DNA of 64,000 nt from Lytechinus pictus (lineage: Eukaryota): contig NC_087245.1 of the NCBI RefSeq assembly GCF_037042905.1, positions 23,376,001 through 23,440,000 on the forward strand, read 5' to 3'. Position 1 is the first letter of the stretch. Every line of letters starts with the position of its first letter. A model generated the notes under the pieces. It was given only the letters and a program-made list of their open reading frames with translations. It searched no databases and was not told the origin of the DNA. A program made the translations under genes and the position numbers. Shown here in pieces: positions 1 to 13,026 of this stretch.

Positions 1-167
1 GCTGAAAATAGTTGTCTTGCAGTTGCGTCATGAGCCGAAAGTTTGAGGAGACGGTGTGGCGTATGGGCGGGGGTTAAAAAAGAGAAGGAGCAAGTGACAA
101 TTTTGGCCCTTAAACATGTATAGGATGGGGGTGGGTGTCTGGATACTTAAAATTATTGAGGCCTCCC

Positions 168-590
168 CACTAGCGTACCTAAGATTTTCCAGAAGGGGGG
201 CAAATATTTTGGAGGATATTTCGTCCGCGAAAAAAATTGACAAGCAAAAAAAATATATATATAAGGTCTTCAACCACAAATAAAGGATTTCTTACCACAA
301 AAAAATTTGACAAGCAAAAAAAAAGGGTCTAAAAACAAAAAAAAAAGGATTCCTAACCAGAAAAAAATTTGGCAAGCAAAAAAAAAAGTCTTCAGTTTCA
401 AAAGAGGGGGTACACGTCTGTTTTTATAGCATTTTTACATTACAAATTAATAATTTGGCTTCTCAAAAAGGGGGGGGGGCACGTCCCCTGTATCAGTTGT
501 GACTCGTCAGGGGGGCAGGGATACGTCCCCTGCATGAGTTGTGACTCGTAGTCTGCCCTCTGCCCCCCCCCCCCCTTAGGTACGCTAGTG
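168..590. mobile_element. Non-autonomous hAT-like DNA transposon (MITE)
   Basis: 16-bp perfect TIR CACTAGCGTACCTAAG at both ends; 8-bp TSD GGCCTCCC at 160-167 and 591-598. Confidence 0.85.
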
Positions 591-835
591 GGCCTCCCCT
601 GTTTTGTTTTTGGATTCAAAAAAATGAATTGAAAAATTGTACGCGTCATCAGTATTTTTTCTTTACAATATTGCCCAACATTATTGTACTAAATTGTAAA
701 AACTATGCGTGAAAATTTTTTCAAATGGCTGTTTGAAATCGATTGTCCGGACACACGACCTGTCCGGACACACATCAACAGGGTACTGAATTCGCTTGCA
801 GTCATTTACAAACTGAAGAGGATATCGCTCCTTAA

Positions 836-1265
836 ACCCCCATCACACTTATTCGGAATCAGCAGGAATCAAGCAGAAGCTGGAACGAAAAAAATATTCA
901 AAAAATCTAGAAATATTTGGGAGGAACTTATGAATTTACCAAACTGGAGTTCAAATTCAGTAAATTGACCAGGTGAATCATCATACACTAGTCAAAATGA
1001 GCCGCAATGGAGTCAGATTGATAATTCGTGCTACATTCTTGGACATTCTAGGCGCATTCTAAATATTCTGACTGCATTCTGGGTGCATTCGAAATATTTT
1101 TGTCATTTCTTTTGGCCGTCCCGAAGGTTTTGGTCATGTTCAAAACATTCGAGGGGTATTTTCGAACGGTGTTCGAAGTAGATTTAAATGACCAACTGGT
1201 GGTCAAACAATAGTCCTTTCATTCAGGCCAATTCTGCTTGATTCGGAATAAGTGTGATGGGGGCT
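836..1265. mobile_element. MITE with ~26-bp TIRs
   Basis: CCCCCATCACACTTATTC(G/C)GAATCA inverted at both ends; TTAA on both flanks. Confidence 0.75.
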
Positions 1266-1654
1266 TTAAGTTCATGCATGGGCGAGAACACATTGAAGAC
1301 ACAATGTTCACTGAAGTTCACATAAGAATGGCTTATTCTGGTTTCAATATGAGCTCATTCAAACATATTAAAATTTGCCTCAATCTGTTGGATATAGATA
1401 ATCTAGATGGGTTAAGAAATATCGGAATTGGTCCCTCAAAATTTTAGTTAATATGATAATTGTCAAAGTATGTTCCACTTGGTTTAGCAATTAACAAAAA
1501 ACACAACTCTTGAACATTCATCAAGGATTGGAGAAAATAAATAATTGTCCCCTGTGGATATTCAAAAATTTCTTTTTTTTTCATTGAAGCCTTGTCTGTG
1601 ATATGAACGGACCTCTCATACATGGCTTGATTGATCCACTGATTTTGACTCAAG

Positions 1655-1779
1655 GGCCCGAATTCACAAAGGTGGACTAAAGTTATACCGGGGAATAAAA
1701 CGCGCCATTTAACTTCATTTTAATCCATGACTAAACTTAACCCCGGTATAACTTTAGTCCACCTTTGTGAATTCGGGCC
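1655..1779. mobile_element. 125-bp PIF/Harbinger-like MITE
   Basis: 39-bp perfect TIRs (1655-1693, 1741-1779) starting GGCCCG; 3-bp TSD AAG. Confidence 0.85.
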
Positions 1780-1896
1780 AAGAAGATGTGGGGACATTTG
1801 GACCAAGTTATTTTGCTAAAATCATAATCATTACATTGCCATCTTCTATAGGGGGCTCTTTCTTCTCCATATTTTTGGGTTATATAGATCACTTAC

Positions 1897-2158
1897 CTCC
1901 ATCCCCGTACTCCATCACAATAGCTAGTATCCCGCCTCCACCGGCAACGAAAGCCTCACGGTACCGAATGATGTTCACGTGCCTCAGCCGTCCAAGAATA
2001 GCGACCTCGTTGACGGCTCTTTCTCTCTCCTTTTCGCCCATGCCGACGACGTTGATCTCTTTGATGACGTAAGGTCGACGACTTTCACGAGAGCGTACCA
2101 ACCAAGCTTTGCCAAAATTTCCCATCCCTAAGACCTTTTGGTATGAGTATTTCTCCAT
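1897..2158 (-). CDS. NIMA-related kinase (NEK1/3/5-like), first coding exon; no further exons recognised in the window
   Basis: MEKY start, GMGNFG loop, VIKEI, E in helix C, HVNIIRYREAF, IVMEY-DGG; ends at phase-1 donor G|GTAAGT (1896). Confidence 0.9.
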
Positions 2159-3736
2159 TATCTTTTTTAGGTTTGGTGTTTGGTTGTAGCTCTCGCGTGT
2201 GTAACTTATCCTGTTCCCTTTCAAAGCCTAGACCGGCTTTGCAAAAACGTCTGTCCTCTTTGAAGAGGAAGGATAGAGGTAACGTCGATTCGATTTCCCC
2301 ATGGAATTTACGCCCAATCCCTCCACCATCTATGAAGCAAGAGGACCTTTTCACTAGAGCGTGACAAATCCAGGTCAAAAGAAAGCCTAGCTGGATAATA
2401 ATCGTCTTTAAGCAGGTATACGCTTTCCACATGCAAGTTTCACGCGTCTGCAGTTTGTGAAATCGGCGTATTTGTCTTGTGCGGCTTTCCATAGTGATAG
2501 CGTCGAGCTGGAGGTTTGACGATTTCACGAAACGAGCCCCCAGTAATCCAACAAAAAAAACCCGGACTAAAACGTGACAAAGGACGCCATGTAGTGGTAA
2601 TGAATGAATAGTTTAACCTTTCAAAAGACAAACGTTGAAAAGATTGTAAGCATTCCAGTTTAAATAGATGACGCTTTTGATAACGAAATTGCACAATACT
2701 ATCCGACTGTAGCAACGTGACAACGTTGTTTTTTGTTTTGTTTTTGCTGCGTGCAAGAAAAGAGACACAATCGGCCGGCCTCGTCTGGAGTTATTCCACA
2801 GACCTGTCCAATGTTATTTGGGATAGCATAGTGCTTTAGACTTTCTTTATCCTTTTCTTAATCCACTAATGGAATGCCATTATGTGTACATGTTTCAGTG
2901 GCGCAATGAGCCCCCAAGAAAATTGAGGGGCCACAAAATGGCATGTCAGGTGCGGGGTATTTCTTTCAAATAGCGATCGAGAGGCGAAGCGAGTGAGCGG
3001 AAGCTTAAGTTGGCCATTTTAAAATAAAAATCTCAGTTTGTAAAAGATGTTGCCATAACATTCAACAGACATTATAATTTACACCATTTTAAATTTTCTT
3101 ACCTTCTGTTCCTCGTTTTTTTCTTGGTCGTAGACTTTTTTTTCATTTATATTTTATTCTATTTCAGTTCATTATATTCCATTTTATTTTTATTTTTTTC
3201 ATTTCATTTTTATAAGATTTGCCTAAATTTACATTAATTCTAATAATTTTAATACATTCTATTTCATTTTATTTCATCTCATTCTATTTATATATTAATT
3301 CATTTATTTATTCACCTCTTAAAGTTGATACCCACAATCAAACGTTGATTATCATGTAAAAGTTTATTTATTTGTTTATTTAGTTTGTTAAACTTACTTT
3401 ATTTTGTATTTATTTGGGGACCACCGTACCCCCATATGTATGGTAATGAACGTGATACTGATCAGTAAAGTTATTGCATGATGAAGCCATACTTTTTAAC
3501 AAGAGGATTACACAAGGTTTCCTAAAAATATCAGACCTTTACCCATTTATGCACGTAAATACAGATTTTTAACAGAATTAATTACGCATTCAAGAAATGT
3601 TATTTTCCCTTGTTCCCTTCGCTCGCTCGCAAATTGTCAGAAAAAAACATATATAAAAAAACTGTCTTGCCCCATATTATTTTTCCATATTACGCTACCA
3701 GTTACAAGTCTCGTGTATATATATTTAGTAATACAT

Positions 3737-4361
3737 TGTTATGTAGTATGTATTTAACTTCCTGTTATCCTTTCAGTCATTCACCTTCACTTGTTTACAA
3801 ACTCCCCCAATGTCATCTAAGAATCCCAAACCCCCAATACCATTTAACTCCTAAACCTTGACCATAAAAAGACCAACCCTCAATGAAGTCAGCCAACTTC
3901 ATGGAAGAAGTATGACTCACACTCCAGCCCCAGTCACTTGCACAAGCATCACCACACCCCTTATACCAGAGAAAGTTTGATAGACAGTTACCTGTTGACC
4001 AATCAGACGAAGTATAGATCACTCCCATCTTAAATTGTTACACCCCCAAAACTCATGATATAAATAAGACTTCTTGATTATTAGAGAGAATACAAGAGAA
4101 TACCAACGATAGAATACGAGACCCACACTAACTTCAAGACTTAGATTTCCATCCAGTATTAATTTAACTTCACTTCGAATCTCAACCGGATACTTCTAAA
4201 TTATTTTATATTCATCGTCTCCTGATATACTCTGAATCTTCATGTACTTCGAACTGTAGCTGAATGTTGATAATTAAATACCTAGTGATTTGAACTGTAT
4301 AACTTTCTCTAAAGTTTCCTTATTACGCTTCCCTTCAATTATTACCGATCCCAACATAACA
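3737..4361 (+). mobile_element. Solo LTR (Ty3/Gypsy-like)
   Basis: TGTTATGT...ACATAACA 8-bp inverted termini; 4-bp TSD ACAT; CCAAT 3999-4003 and TATAAATA 4059-4066. Confidence 0.8.
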
Positions 4362-5140
4362 ACATTCTGCTTCTCTTACCCTTTGGCCTACTATGTCCCT
4401 TCTTTGCACTTGGCATAATTTACGATTCAATTAAAATCGGCAGTCCCCCCCCCCCTTTCCCCGCCGATACGATAAGGGATAGAATATGGCACGTGACAGT
4501 GCTTCATTGAACGACTATATACATTAAATTTCCCTTTTGCTCAATTATGTTCCCACACGGAGTCACGTGTTCATAAGACTGAATTCGAACATTCACATTT
4601 TATAAATGAAAACTTCGATGTCAGAATGCTACAAACAACGTGGTAAATAACATCACAGGATATTAAAGAGCTAAAAATATATCGCACGATGCTGAGATTC
4701 TACTACAACAATAAATGTCGCTTGCGGTTGATTTTCAATGTAGATTTTTTTAATATATTGATTTCATTGTAGTGCTTTATTAATAAAATTGAATTACTTC
4801 GGAATCATTCACGCATCCTTTATCCATGCCCATATTTCAACATAGTTAGCTAAGGTCAAAACAACTTAATCTTCAAAGAATCAGTAGAGCTGCTCACGTT
4901 GAAAATGAGATCGAATATGACTCCAACCCAGTTACACATTCCAAGAGAGAGGGACAGGGGGAGTTATCCCCCTTTTGCCGATAGCCAGATTGATAATAAG
5001 TTATTATTATACTTCAGATCTGAAATTGTGTTTGAAGCTTCTCTTAAGGACGTTCCACACTTAAAATAAATTCCATGTCATTTTAACCAAATTTTACACA
5101 GAGTTACTTTAGCACCTAACTATTCCAAATAATGCAAAAA

Positions 5141-5723
5141 TCAACATGGGTTCATATACTGAATGAACTCATTCAAGAGATGAATATAATTTACATAAAC
5201 ATGATAGCGTACAAATAGAAGAGGGCCAAGAATACTACCTTGTGGATTTCCACAGGCAAATGGCCTCGTTCGAAAATCTGATTCATTAAAGGTAAGAAAT
5301 TCTATTTTGTCAGTGAGATAACTCCTGAACCACTGAAAAGCTTGCCCTCTGATACCGTAAATTGATAGCTTATATAAAAGTGTTTCATGATCTTTTGTAT
5401 CAAACGCTTTCGAGAATTCAAGGAACATCCCTACGGTATGATCCGAATTGTCAAAAGATGTTTTATTTTTTTTAATGCTAAAATAGCATGACTTTATTAT
5501 GTTTTTCTGTAAATCCGAATTTATTATCACTTATAATACTTTACTTTCTTTAAAATATCAACTGTCCTTTTGTAAAGTATTCTCTCAAGAATTTTCGAGA
5601 ACGCAGTTATCAAATATATTGGGCGATAATTATTAGTTATTAAATGGTCTCCCTTGTTGAAAATGGGTATAACCAAAACAATTTTTATTTTCTATGGCAC
5701 CTGGCCAAGCTGCAATTATATAT
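5141..5723 (-). mobile_element. Decayed CR1/L2-clade LINE RT fragment (3' part, split by RTE insertion)
   Basis: VIPIFNKGD..NNYRPI..FSKILE, FSKAFD, PQGSILGPLLF motifs with frameshifts. Confidence 0.85.
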
Positions 5724-7786
5724 CTCTTGGCTTGCTTCGCGAACGAAGATTTATAAAGGCAGTCCACGTCGACTGCAGGCACGCATGTGACTCACAAGGC
5801 CAATACGTGATAGACAGGCCCGGCCACAGCGGCCGCAGTCAAAAGTCACGTTTGGTGTGGCTGCTGAGGCTTCGCGATTCTTTCTGCGGCGACGTTTCTC
5901 CCTCAGGTGATCTTTTCGGGATTCCTCGAAAGAAGAGGCAGCCTGATGGACTATATGTCGCCAGCTAGCACGGTCAGCAGCCAGAGTAGACCACTGGCAA
6001 TGATCGATATGGCATGTACCGAGGGACTTCTTCAGGATGTCCTTGAAGCGTTTCTTTGGAGCCCCTCTGTCACGATTGCCAGTAGAAAGTTCGCCGTACA
6101 GGGCTATCTTGGGCAGGCGATGGTCTTCCATTCTTGAGATGTGTCCTGCCCAACGGAGCTGAGTCTTCAGCAGCATGGCCTCGATACTGGGGATCTCCGC
6201 CTGTTCAAGGACCTCAACATTTGTGACATAGTCGGTCCAGTGAATGTTGAGGATGATCCGGAGACAGCGCTGATGGAAACGCTCCAGGAGTCACATGTGG
6301 TGGCGGTAAGTTACCCACGACTCAGAACCGTACAGTAGGGTGGTGAGGACAACAGCTCTGTATACGCTGATCTTGGTGCCCCTTTTCAGATGCTTATTTC
6401 TCCAGACCCGCTTGTACAGTCTGCCGAAGGCACTGTTAGCTTTGGCCAGTCTGTTGTCTACTTCCCTGTCAATCTTGGCGTCTGAAGTAATTGTACATCC
6501 CAGGTAGGTAAACTGGTGAACGCTCTTCAACACAGTCTCGCCAATAGTGATGTGAGGAAGGCGGTACTCTTCCCGGGGTGCAGGTTGATGGAGGACTTCC
6601 GTCTTCTTCAAGCTGACTTCGAGTCCGAAGAGTTGAGCAGCCTCCGCAAAGCAGGATGTCAAGCACTGCAGGGCTCTTTCGGTATGGGCAACGAGGGCAG
6701 CATCATCGGCAAAGAGAAGGTCTCTAAATATTTGCTCACAAGTTTTTGTGTGGGCCTGCAGTCTCCTGAGATTGAATAGACTGCCATCGAGGCGGTAGCG
6801 GATGTAGACAGCCTCGTCTTCATCAAGACCTTCCATGGCCTGCTTGAGCATTACGCTGAAGAAGATACTGAACAGCGTCGGTGCAAGGACACAACCCTGT
6901 TTCACACCGTTTGTGATTGGGAAAGATTCGGAGTGATGGCTGTTTAACCTAACTTGGCCACGCTGGTTTTCATGCAGCTGGATGATCATACTGAGGAACC
7001 TTGGGGGACAACCGAGGCGTTCCAAGATTAGCCAGAGGCCCTTTCTGCTCACCGTGTCAAATGCCTTGGTTAGGTCGACAAACGTTATGTACAGTCCTTT
7101 ATTTTGTTCCCGGCATTTCTGTTGGAGCTGACGGAGGACGAAGACCATGTCTGTGGTACCTCGGTTTGCTCTGAAGCCACACTGGGTTTCTGGGAAGTGG
7201 TCTTCCGCGATGACAGGTACTAGCCTATTCAAGAGCACTCGGGCAAAGATTTTTCCTGCGATGGACAGTAGAGTGATACCCCTGTAGTTTGAGCAGTCAG
7301 ACCTTTCCCCCTTATTCTTGTATAAGGTAATGATGACTGCATCGCGGAGGTCTCCTGGTAGCTTGCCCTGTTCCCAACAACAGACAAGGAGTTCATGGAG
7401 CTTGTTGTGTAACACTGGTCCTCCACATTTCCATATCTCAGGTGGAATTCCATCAACTCCTGCTGCTTTGCCACTCTTCATCTGCTCAATGGCTTTTGTA
7501 AGTTCTTGCAGAGAGGGCGGTACATCCAGTTCCTCCTTGACTGACAGCTGGGGGATGCGGAGGGTTGCTGAGTCCTGGACAACCCGGTCAGCTCCAAAGA
7601 GTGCCTGGAAGTGCTCAGACCATCGGGTAAGGATAGATGTCTTGTCTTTGAGGAGTGTCAGTCCATCCGCACTGCGTAATGGACTCTGAGCCTGGTGTCT
7701 GGGGCCATAAACAGCCCTGATGGCTTCATAGAAGCTTCTGTAGTCACCAGCAGAAAAGTCACCAGCAGAAAAGTCACCAGCAGAAA
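5724..7786 (-). mobile_element. 5'-truncated RTE-clade (BovB-like) LINE with reverse transcriptase ORF
   Basis: NYRGITLL, FVDLTKAFD, GVKQGCVLAP, LFADD, YLG, LRWAGH, C-terminal CxxC...HxxxC; ORFs 6291-7811 and 5751-6176 are one frame separated by a single TGA at 6291-6293. Confidence 0.95.
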
Positions 7787-8140
7787 ATATAACGAAGCAG
7801 AGGATCAGCAATAGAATGCAGAATATTTTTCACGACTCTTTTTGTCATTTTGTAATGCCATCATAACAAGTCTTTTCTGCCTTTAAATTGGTTACAATCC
7901 TAATTAATTCTTGTCTATGAACTGAAGTAAGAACCATTGAACTATCATTTTGTTTATACAAAAGTCCTTAAAAGACTTTTCTACAGATATGATATTTTCA
8001 GCTAACTTTTGGCCAATTTCAAACATAGTTCCATCTACATATAATTTATTAACATCATTAAGCTTGTTACTTTTGTTAACTGCCCCATTTATGGTTTTCC
8101 AGGTTTTTTAAGGTCGTCAAATAATTGTAGTTTTTCTCCA
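7787..8140 (-). mobile_element. Decayed CR1/L2-clade LINE fragment (5' part of the element split by the RTE)
   Basis: VVKNILHSIADPLLRYI continues into YIYNCSL across the RTE insertion; outer boundary approximate. Confidence 0.7.
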
Positions 8141-8179
8141 TAATATGAAGAAGTATCATGAAATTAAGGGTAACGAATA

Positions 8180-9410
8180 TGATTGTATGAAGGCCTATTC
8201 AACAAACAGGAGACATGCAGTTTGTCGCAGTAAAAAATTGTATCATTGAAAGTGTAAAAATTAAATCAGGCGTCCCACAGGGTTCCATATGTGGTCCATT
8301 AATATTTTGTATTTTTATAAATGATGTATGTAACTTGAGTTTAAATGTTGATTCCAAAATGTTTCTTAAGTAGCTGATACTGCTCTTTTCTGTCATGATG
8401 TATTATCTAAGGAGGTTAAAAAAAGCTGCAAAGTGGTTTTGGTGTTATCTGTAACTTTCTCGATCTTAACGGTGTGCATGTATCAAAAATAGATAAAAGT
8501 CATGACTTTTGGTCATAGGAAAAGATTGAGAAATGATGCTTTTATGATAAAATGTAGAAATAAACCCATAAAAAATGTTAATATAATCAAATACTTAGGT
8601 GTATAACTTGACTCTGGTATGATATGGGTAGAACATGTATCTAGTATTATTGTTAACTCGTACGATAGGTTTTATAACGAGAATCAAACAATTTCTTCCG
8701 CCTAGGAATCTTAAGAATTTATATTTTGCCATTATTTTACCTTACATTGATCATTGTTGTACATCTTGGGGAAGCTGTGCAAAAACCAACAAAAGAAAGA
8801 TACCAAAACTGCAGAAAAAGTATGCCCGAATAATTTTGAATAAGGACTATCCTACTCCCCAACATGAATTGTTGTCTCCACTCGAATGGCAAACAGTGGA
8901 GGAACGTATCAAATATTAATATTGTGTTCTTGCTTTCAAAATACGATCGATTTAGCACCAATCTATCTGGAACCGCTTATCTGCAAACGTAATGTAACTT
9001 ATCAAAAACGATATTCTGATTGATTTCCCCTTCAAATACCCTGCCCAAGGACGGATTATAAAATAATTTTTTTTTAATATGTTGCTGTCGTCTTATCTAT
9101 TTTGCTCCCCTGTGATATACAAAAATGCACGTCCCTCCATGCATTAAAAACACTGTAAATCATTAAAATTCTGACTGTCAGACATGTAATTACGCTGAAT
9201 AACTTGATGTAATGATTCCATGATACTAGTTGATTCACTCTACATGTATAATGTATTCTATTTTACTTAATTATTGAATTGCTATAATGTTGAGTTATTT
9301 GTTACACTGCAGGGCGCCTTTGGAAATCGGTTTTGCATAACAGGCCTACACGGCAGTATAAAATAAAGAAAACAAATAAATAATAAATAAATAAATAAAC
9401 AAACAAATAA
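8180..9410 (+). mobile_element. Decayed L2/CR1-type LINE 3' end
   Basis: GVPQGSICGPL, KYLGV, LYFAIILPYIDHCCTSW, LQKKYARIIL with stops and frameshifts; ends in (TAAA)n tail near 9360-9410. Confidence 0.85.
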
Positions 9411-10951
9411 CTCTTGCACTCTTTCACATTTTACGTATCTTTGACCCCTAGGAAACAAATGACTTAATACGGACATCAAATTTTCTGGTACAAAAATTGA
9501 TTCTTTACAGGACTCGACAGTTAAACGTATAGATAGCTTGAACAATATTTTACTATTTAATTATAGCTTTCGAGAAATTATCTGTAAGTTCTTGGAATAA
9601 ATTGAATGCTGGAGAAGCTGAATTAAAATTCTCACAATGACAAGTAATTTTGATATCATGTCAATATCTTGGTTATTGTTCGAACACTTTTTGTGCCATT
9701 ATTACCTTGTAAATACATTGCAATATGATGTTTTGATATATATTAACAAACTATTGATCTATCTATATTTACCTTTTATATTGAAATAATAAATCTGCAT
9801 GATGCCCGTATGAACAGTAAAAAGGGGTTCATCCAATATCGGTTACTTATTTTAAAAGGTCCATTGCAAGGTGATACCTACCCCTGTGGTACCAAAAGTT
9901 GATATGTTTAAAGTGGAAATTGTACTACATGCCGTTGCCGTGATGTTATCAATAAAATATGATTTATATTTAGAAAAAAATGACAGAAAAATGTGTCTTT
10001 CTATTTCCTTCAGTAATTGTTTAATCTTGCTACATCTGTTCTGAGTGCATATTTAATGGAGTACGCTATCACTAATTATGTCGTTATTTTGTCCGTTCCT
10101 GTACACATGGTATAACAATAGAAATGTCTTTATTTTGCTATAAATAATTCAAAGTCTTGTACATACTGATTTCATTACATACCCTATGGTATGATTTTTT
10201 CATAGAGATCCATAAAACACGTAAGAAGGAATATACGAAATTACATACAATGTTGCCACTTAACACAACAATTTAGGATCATGATCCTGGAAAAATAACA
10301 TGAGCACACATTTTCCTCTCGAACCTACTTGGCCTACTTCACATTGGACAATATTGTGGTTATAAACTTGAGGTTTAGAAGGCATAGGTTGTAAAAAGGA
10401 TCAAAGCAGAGAGAGGGGATAGTGGGACAGGAGGAGGGGGTATGGGGGGAATTGAAGGGGGTCAAAGTCAAAAGAAGAGGGGGTAACAAGGATAACAATC
10501 TGTCGCTTGTAAGCTCTATCGGCGTACAACGTCTAGAACCAATAGTTTTCCCCATCAAAAAGTATAATGATTAAAACAGATTGATTATACTACTAAGGCC
10601 TATGCCCTCGTCATTATGCTTTATGTTTGTTGTGTTTTATTTTTGTTCTTTTTATTTCAATATTAAAGATAAACGTAATACACAGAATAATCATGATTAT
10701 TTTACTGCGCATGAGGATGACTGTGTAGATTATCATTCCCGAGGTGCTTTTCATACCGGCCCTTTTATCACCCGAGGCTTGGCCGAAACGCAACTTGTGG
10801 CCCCGCCCTCAGGGGTTAAGAGCACTATCAGAGGGTTTGATAGAAGAAATGTACAGTAAGTCAAACCCCTGAGACGATGATAGACGGAATCACATGATGC
10901 AGTTTTGACCAATCAGAGATAACAACCTTAACATGAGGTATATAATGTCTT

Positions 10952-11949
10952 TCAAACGACCGACGGGTCTTTAGGCCTACTTCTATTGTTGTCGCTTGAA
11001 TCAGGTTTGTTTGTACTGAATATGGATGATTTTTTGTTGATTTTTCCAGTAAAAAGTTCCTTTGTTGCGCGCCTGAACTGCGGATGCTGTGCGGCGTAGA
11101 TGAAAGGATTTAAACAGCTGTTGTAGAAACCGATGACCGTAAGAACCCGATGAAGTGGAGTACCGATATATTCCGACCACTCTATGAAGCCAACGATGAC
11201 GCCCAAGAAGGCCACCTGGTTAGGCAACCAACAAACGATGTAGATGATGATGATCTCTAACATGATTTTGAGCACGCGATTTCGAGCGACAACGTGGAAA
11301 GAGTTCGTGGAATTGTTATTCCCTCGGAAATTCTTCGACTGACGGTGAAGCTCGAGAGCGATCAGGGACTGCGTGATGAGCATTGTTGCAACAGGTACGA
11401 CGATCCGAAGACAGAACCAGTAGTAACCCATTGCTGCCAGTTCGTGACGGGAGGTCAGAGTCAGTGTGCAGAATCCATATGTTTCGTCAATCCCTGTGAC
11501 AAAGAAGGCAAAAAGAAGCGACAGGCAAGCGAGCAACCATATGAGGATGATGACGATGTTCACACGTCGGAAAGTCACGATACGACTGAACCTGAGAGGA
11601 TAGACAACGGCGATGTACCTCTCTACGGACATTGCCATTAGGATGTAGGAGGAAGCGGTGACAGGTAACCAGAGAGGAAAGTTCTGGTACATCACTATAC
11701 ACCAAAGCATTCCTTGCCATGAATGGGGTACGCGGATTGGGGTCGGATAAGGAACGATGGCAACTGATGTCAAGAGGTCAGCTACGGCCAGGCTTCCGAT
11801 GAGGATGTCGGTTGTTCGACCAGACGAACGACGGCTGAAAATGACCACGATTACCAATAGGTTACCAAGGATTCCTACAATGGCTGAGATGAGTTGGAGG
11901 ATGATGTCCCATTGCCACGATAGCGGTTCCCAAATCCATTCTGAATCAC
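10952..11949 (-). CDS. Rhodopsin-class GPCR (galanin/allatostatin/somatostatin-receptor-like), 7TM exon
   Basis: GN in TM1, LAVADLL, ERY, CWLP, NPFIY; acceptor TGCAG| at 11950 in phase 1; stop at 10952. Confidence 0.93.
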
Positions 11950-12662
11950 CTGCATTGTGAAAGACCAAAGATTATATTGTTTGGGCAGTATATCACAGAA
12001 AACAAATTAAACAGAAGTCGGAGTTATTAATTTATTTCTGAAGTTTGAAAAATTGTAAACCTACAAGGGTAGTTCATTGTTAGACTGTGAACAAATATGG
12101 CGTAAAATGGTGAGTGCGGTTGCTTTTTAAAAACTTGTGAGCTTTCATAGGCCTACTCATTTGGAGGTACTACGGGAGGCTTGAAACGGTGATACAGAAA
12201 AAGATACACAGAAAAATCAATACTTAGATTGGGAGGAGGAGCTGCGGTATGGAGGCAATTAAAAGATATTATCCCATTTATTGATATTTATTTTAAGAAA
12301 ATTATGCATGAGAACAATCTTGTAAAGATTAATGAAGAAACAATTTTGAACAAATTATAAAAAACAAGTCATGTAGGATCTGTATAAATAGGATGTGTAC
12401 ATGATTTGCAACTTTGCTGTTTAAACGCCATGCTTTCGCCTTTTATCTATCAATCTTAATATTAATTCTGATTTTAATGTTATTGAAATCATTCATTACT
12501 TGTATAGAACCTAAGTTACACTTTTATCTTTTATGTATATATTGTTACTTTATGTTAACAGGACCATGCTGAAAAACAGTCAATCTGAGCTTGTTATCCT
12601 GTATAAAGATATTTTAATAAATGAATAAAAATAATAAATAAATCTTCCAAGAATGCTGTTAC

Positions 12663-13026
12663 CTGAATCGAAGTCTGTGAATTCTGTTGCAGGGTTAATC
12701 TCTGATGACGAAAGCACTTCGGATGTGGTTTCCTCCTCATCATTGCTGGACCAATAACCACTTGTGGTTGCAGCTACCGGGTGCATTCTCTTGGAGACAT
12801 CTTCCCCAAGTGCGTCGCCATTGGTAGACAGTGTTACGTCGATGGCGCCATGACTGGTTGCGGAAAGAGATGGCGTGGTGTTCGACGATGCAGTTGAAGT
12901 GGGCTTGGCGATGGGCGTGGTCATGTTATATTCTGTTGCTGTCTGGGTGAAAGCGGTTCTGATCAGCCCCGGAGACATTAAGAAGACCATCATCATCAAA
13001 AATGTTTTCGATACGATTGAGGCCAT
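12663..13026 (-). CDS. GPCR first coding exon: signal peptide plus Ser/Thr-rich ectodomain
   Basis: MASIVSKTFLMMMVFLMSPG hydrophobic leader, T/S-rich run with NxT sites; phase-1 donor G|GTAACA at 12662 matches the 7TM exon acceptor, giving 453 aa. Confidence 0.75.

Noticed and set aside
2705..2730. RFX X-box in the NEK promoter
   Set aside because: Only half-sites (TAGCAAC, GACAAC) with non-canonical spacing; too weak to call
6291..6293. Selenocysteine or programmed readthrough at the in-frame TGA
   Set aside because: Lies in a 5'-truncated retrotransposon copy; a CGA-to-TGA mutation is the simpler explanation
10828..10872. miRNA or structured RNA hairpin in the GPCR 3' region
   Set aside because: 12-bp stem with a bulge and a 20-nt loop is too short for a pre-miRNA and plausible by chance
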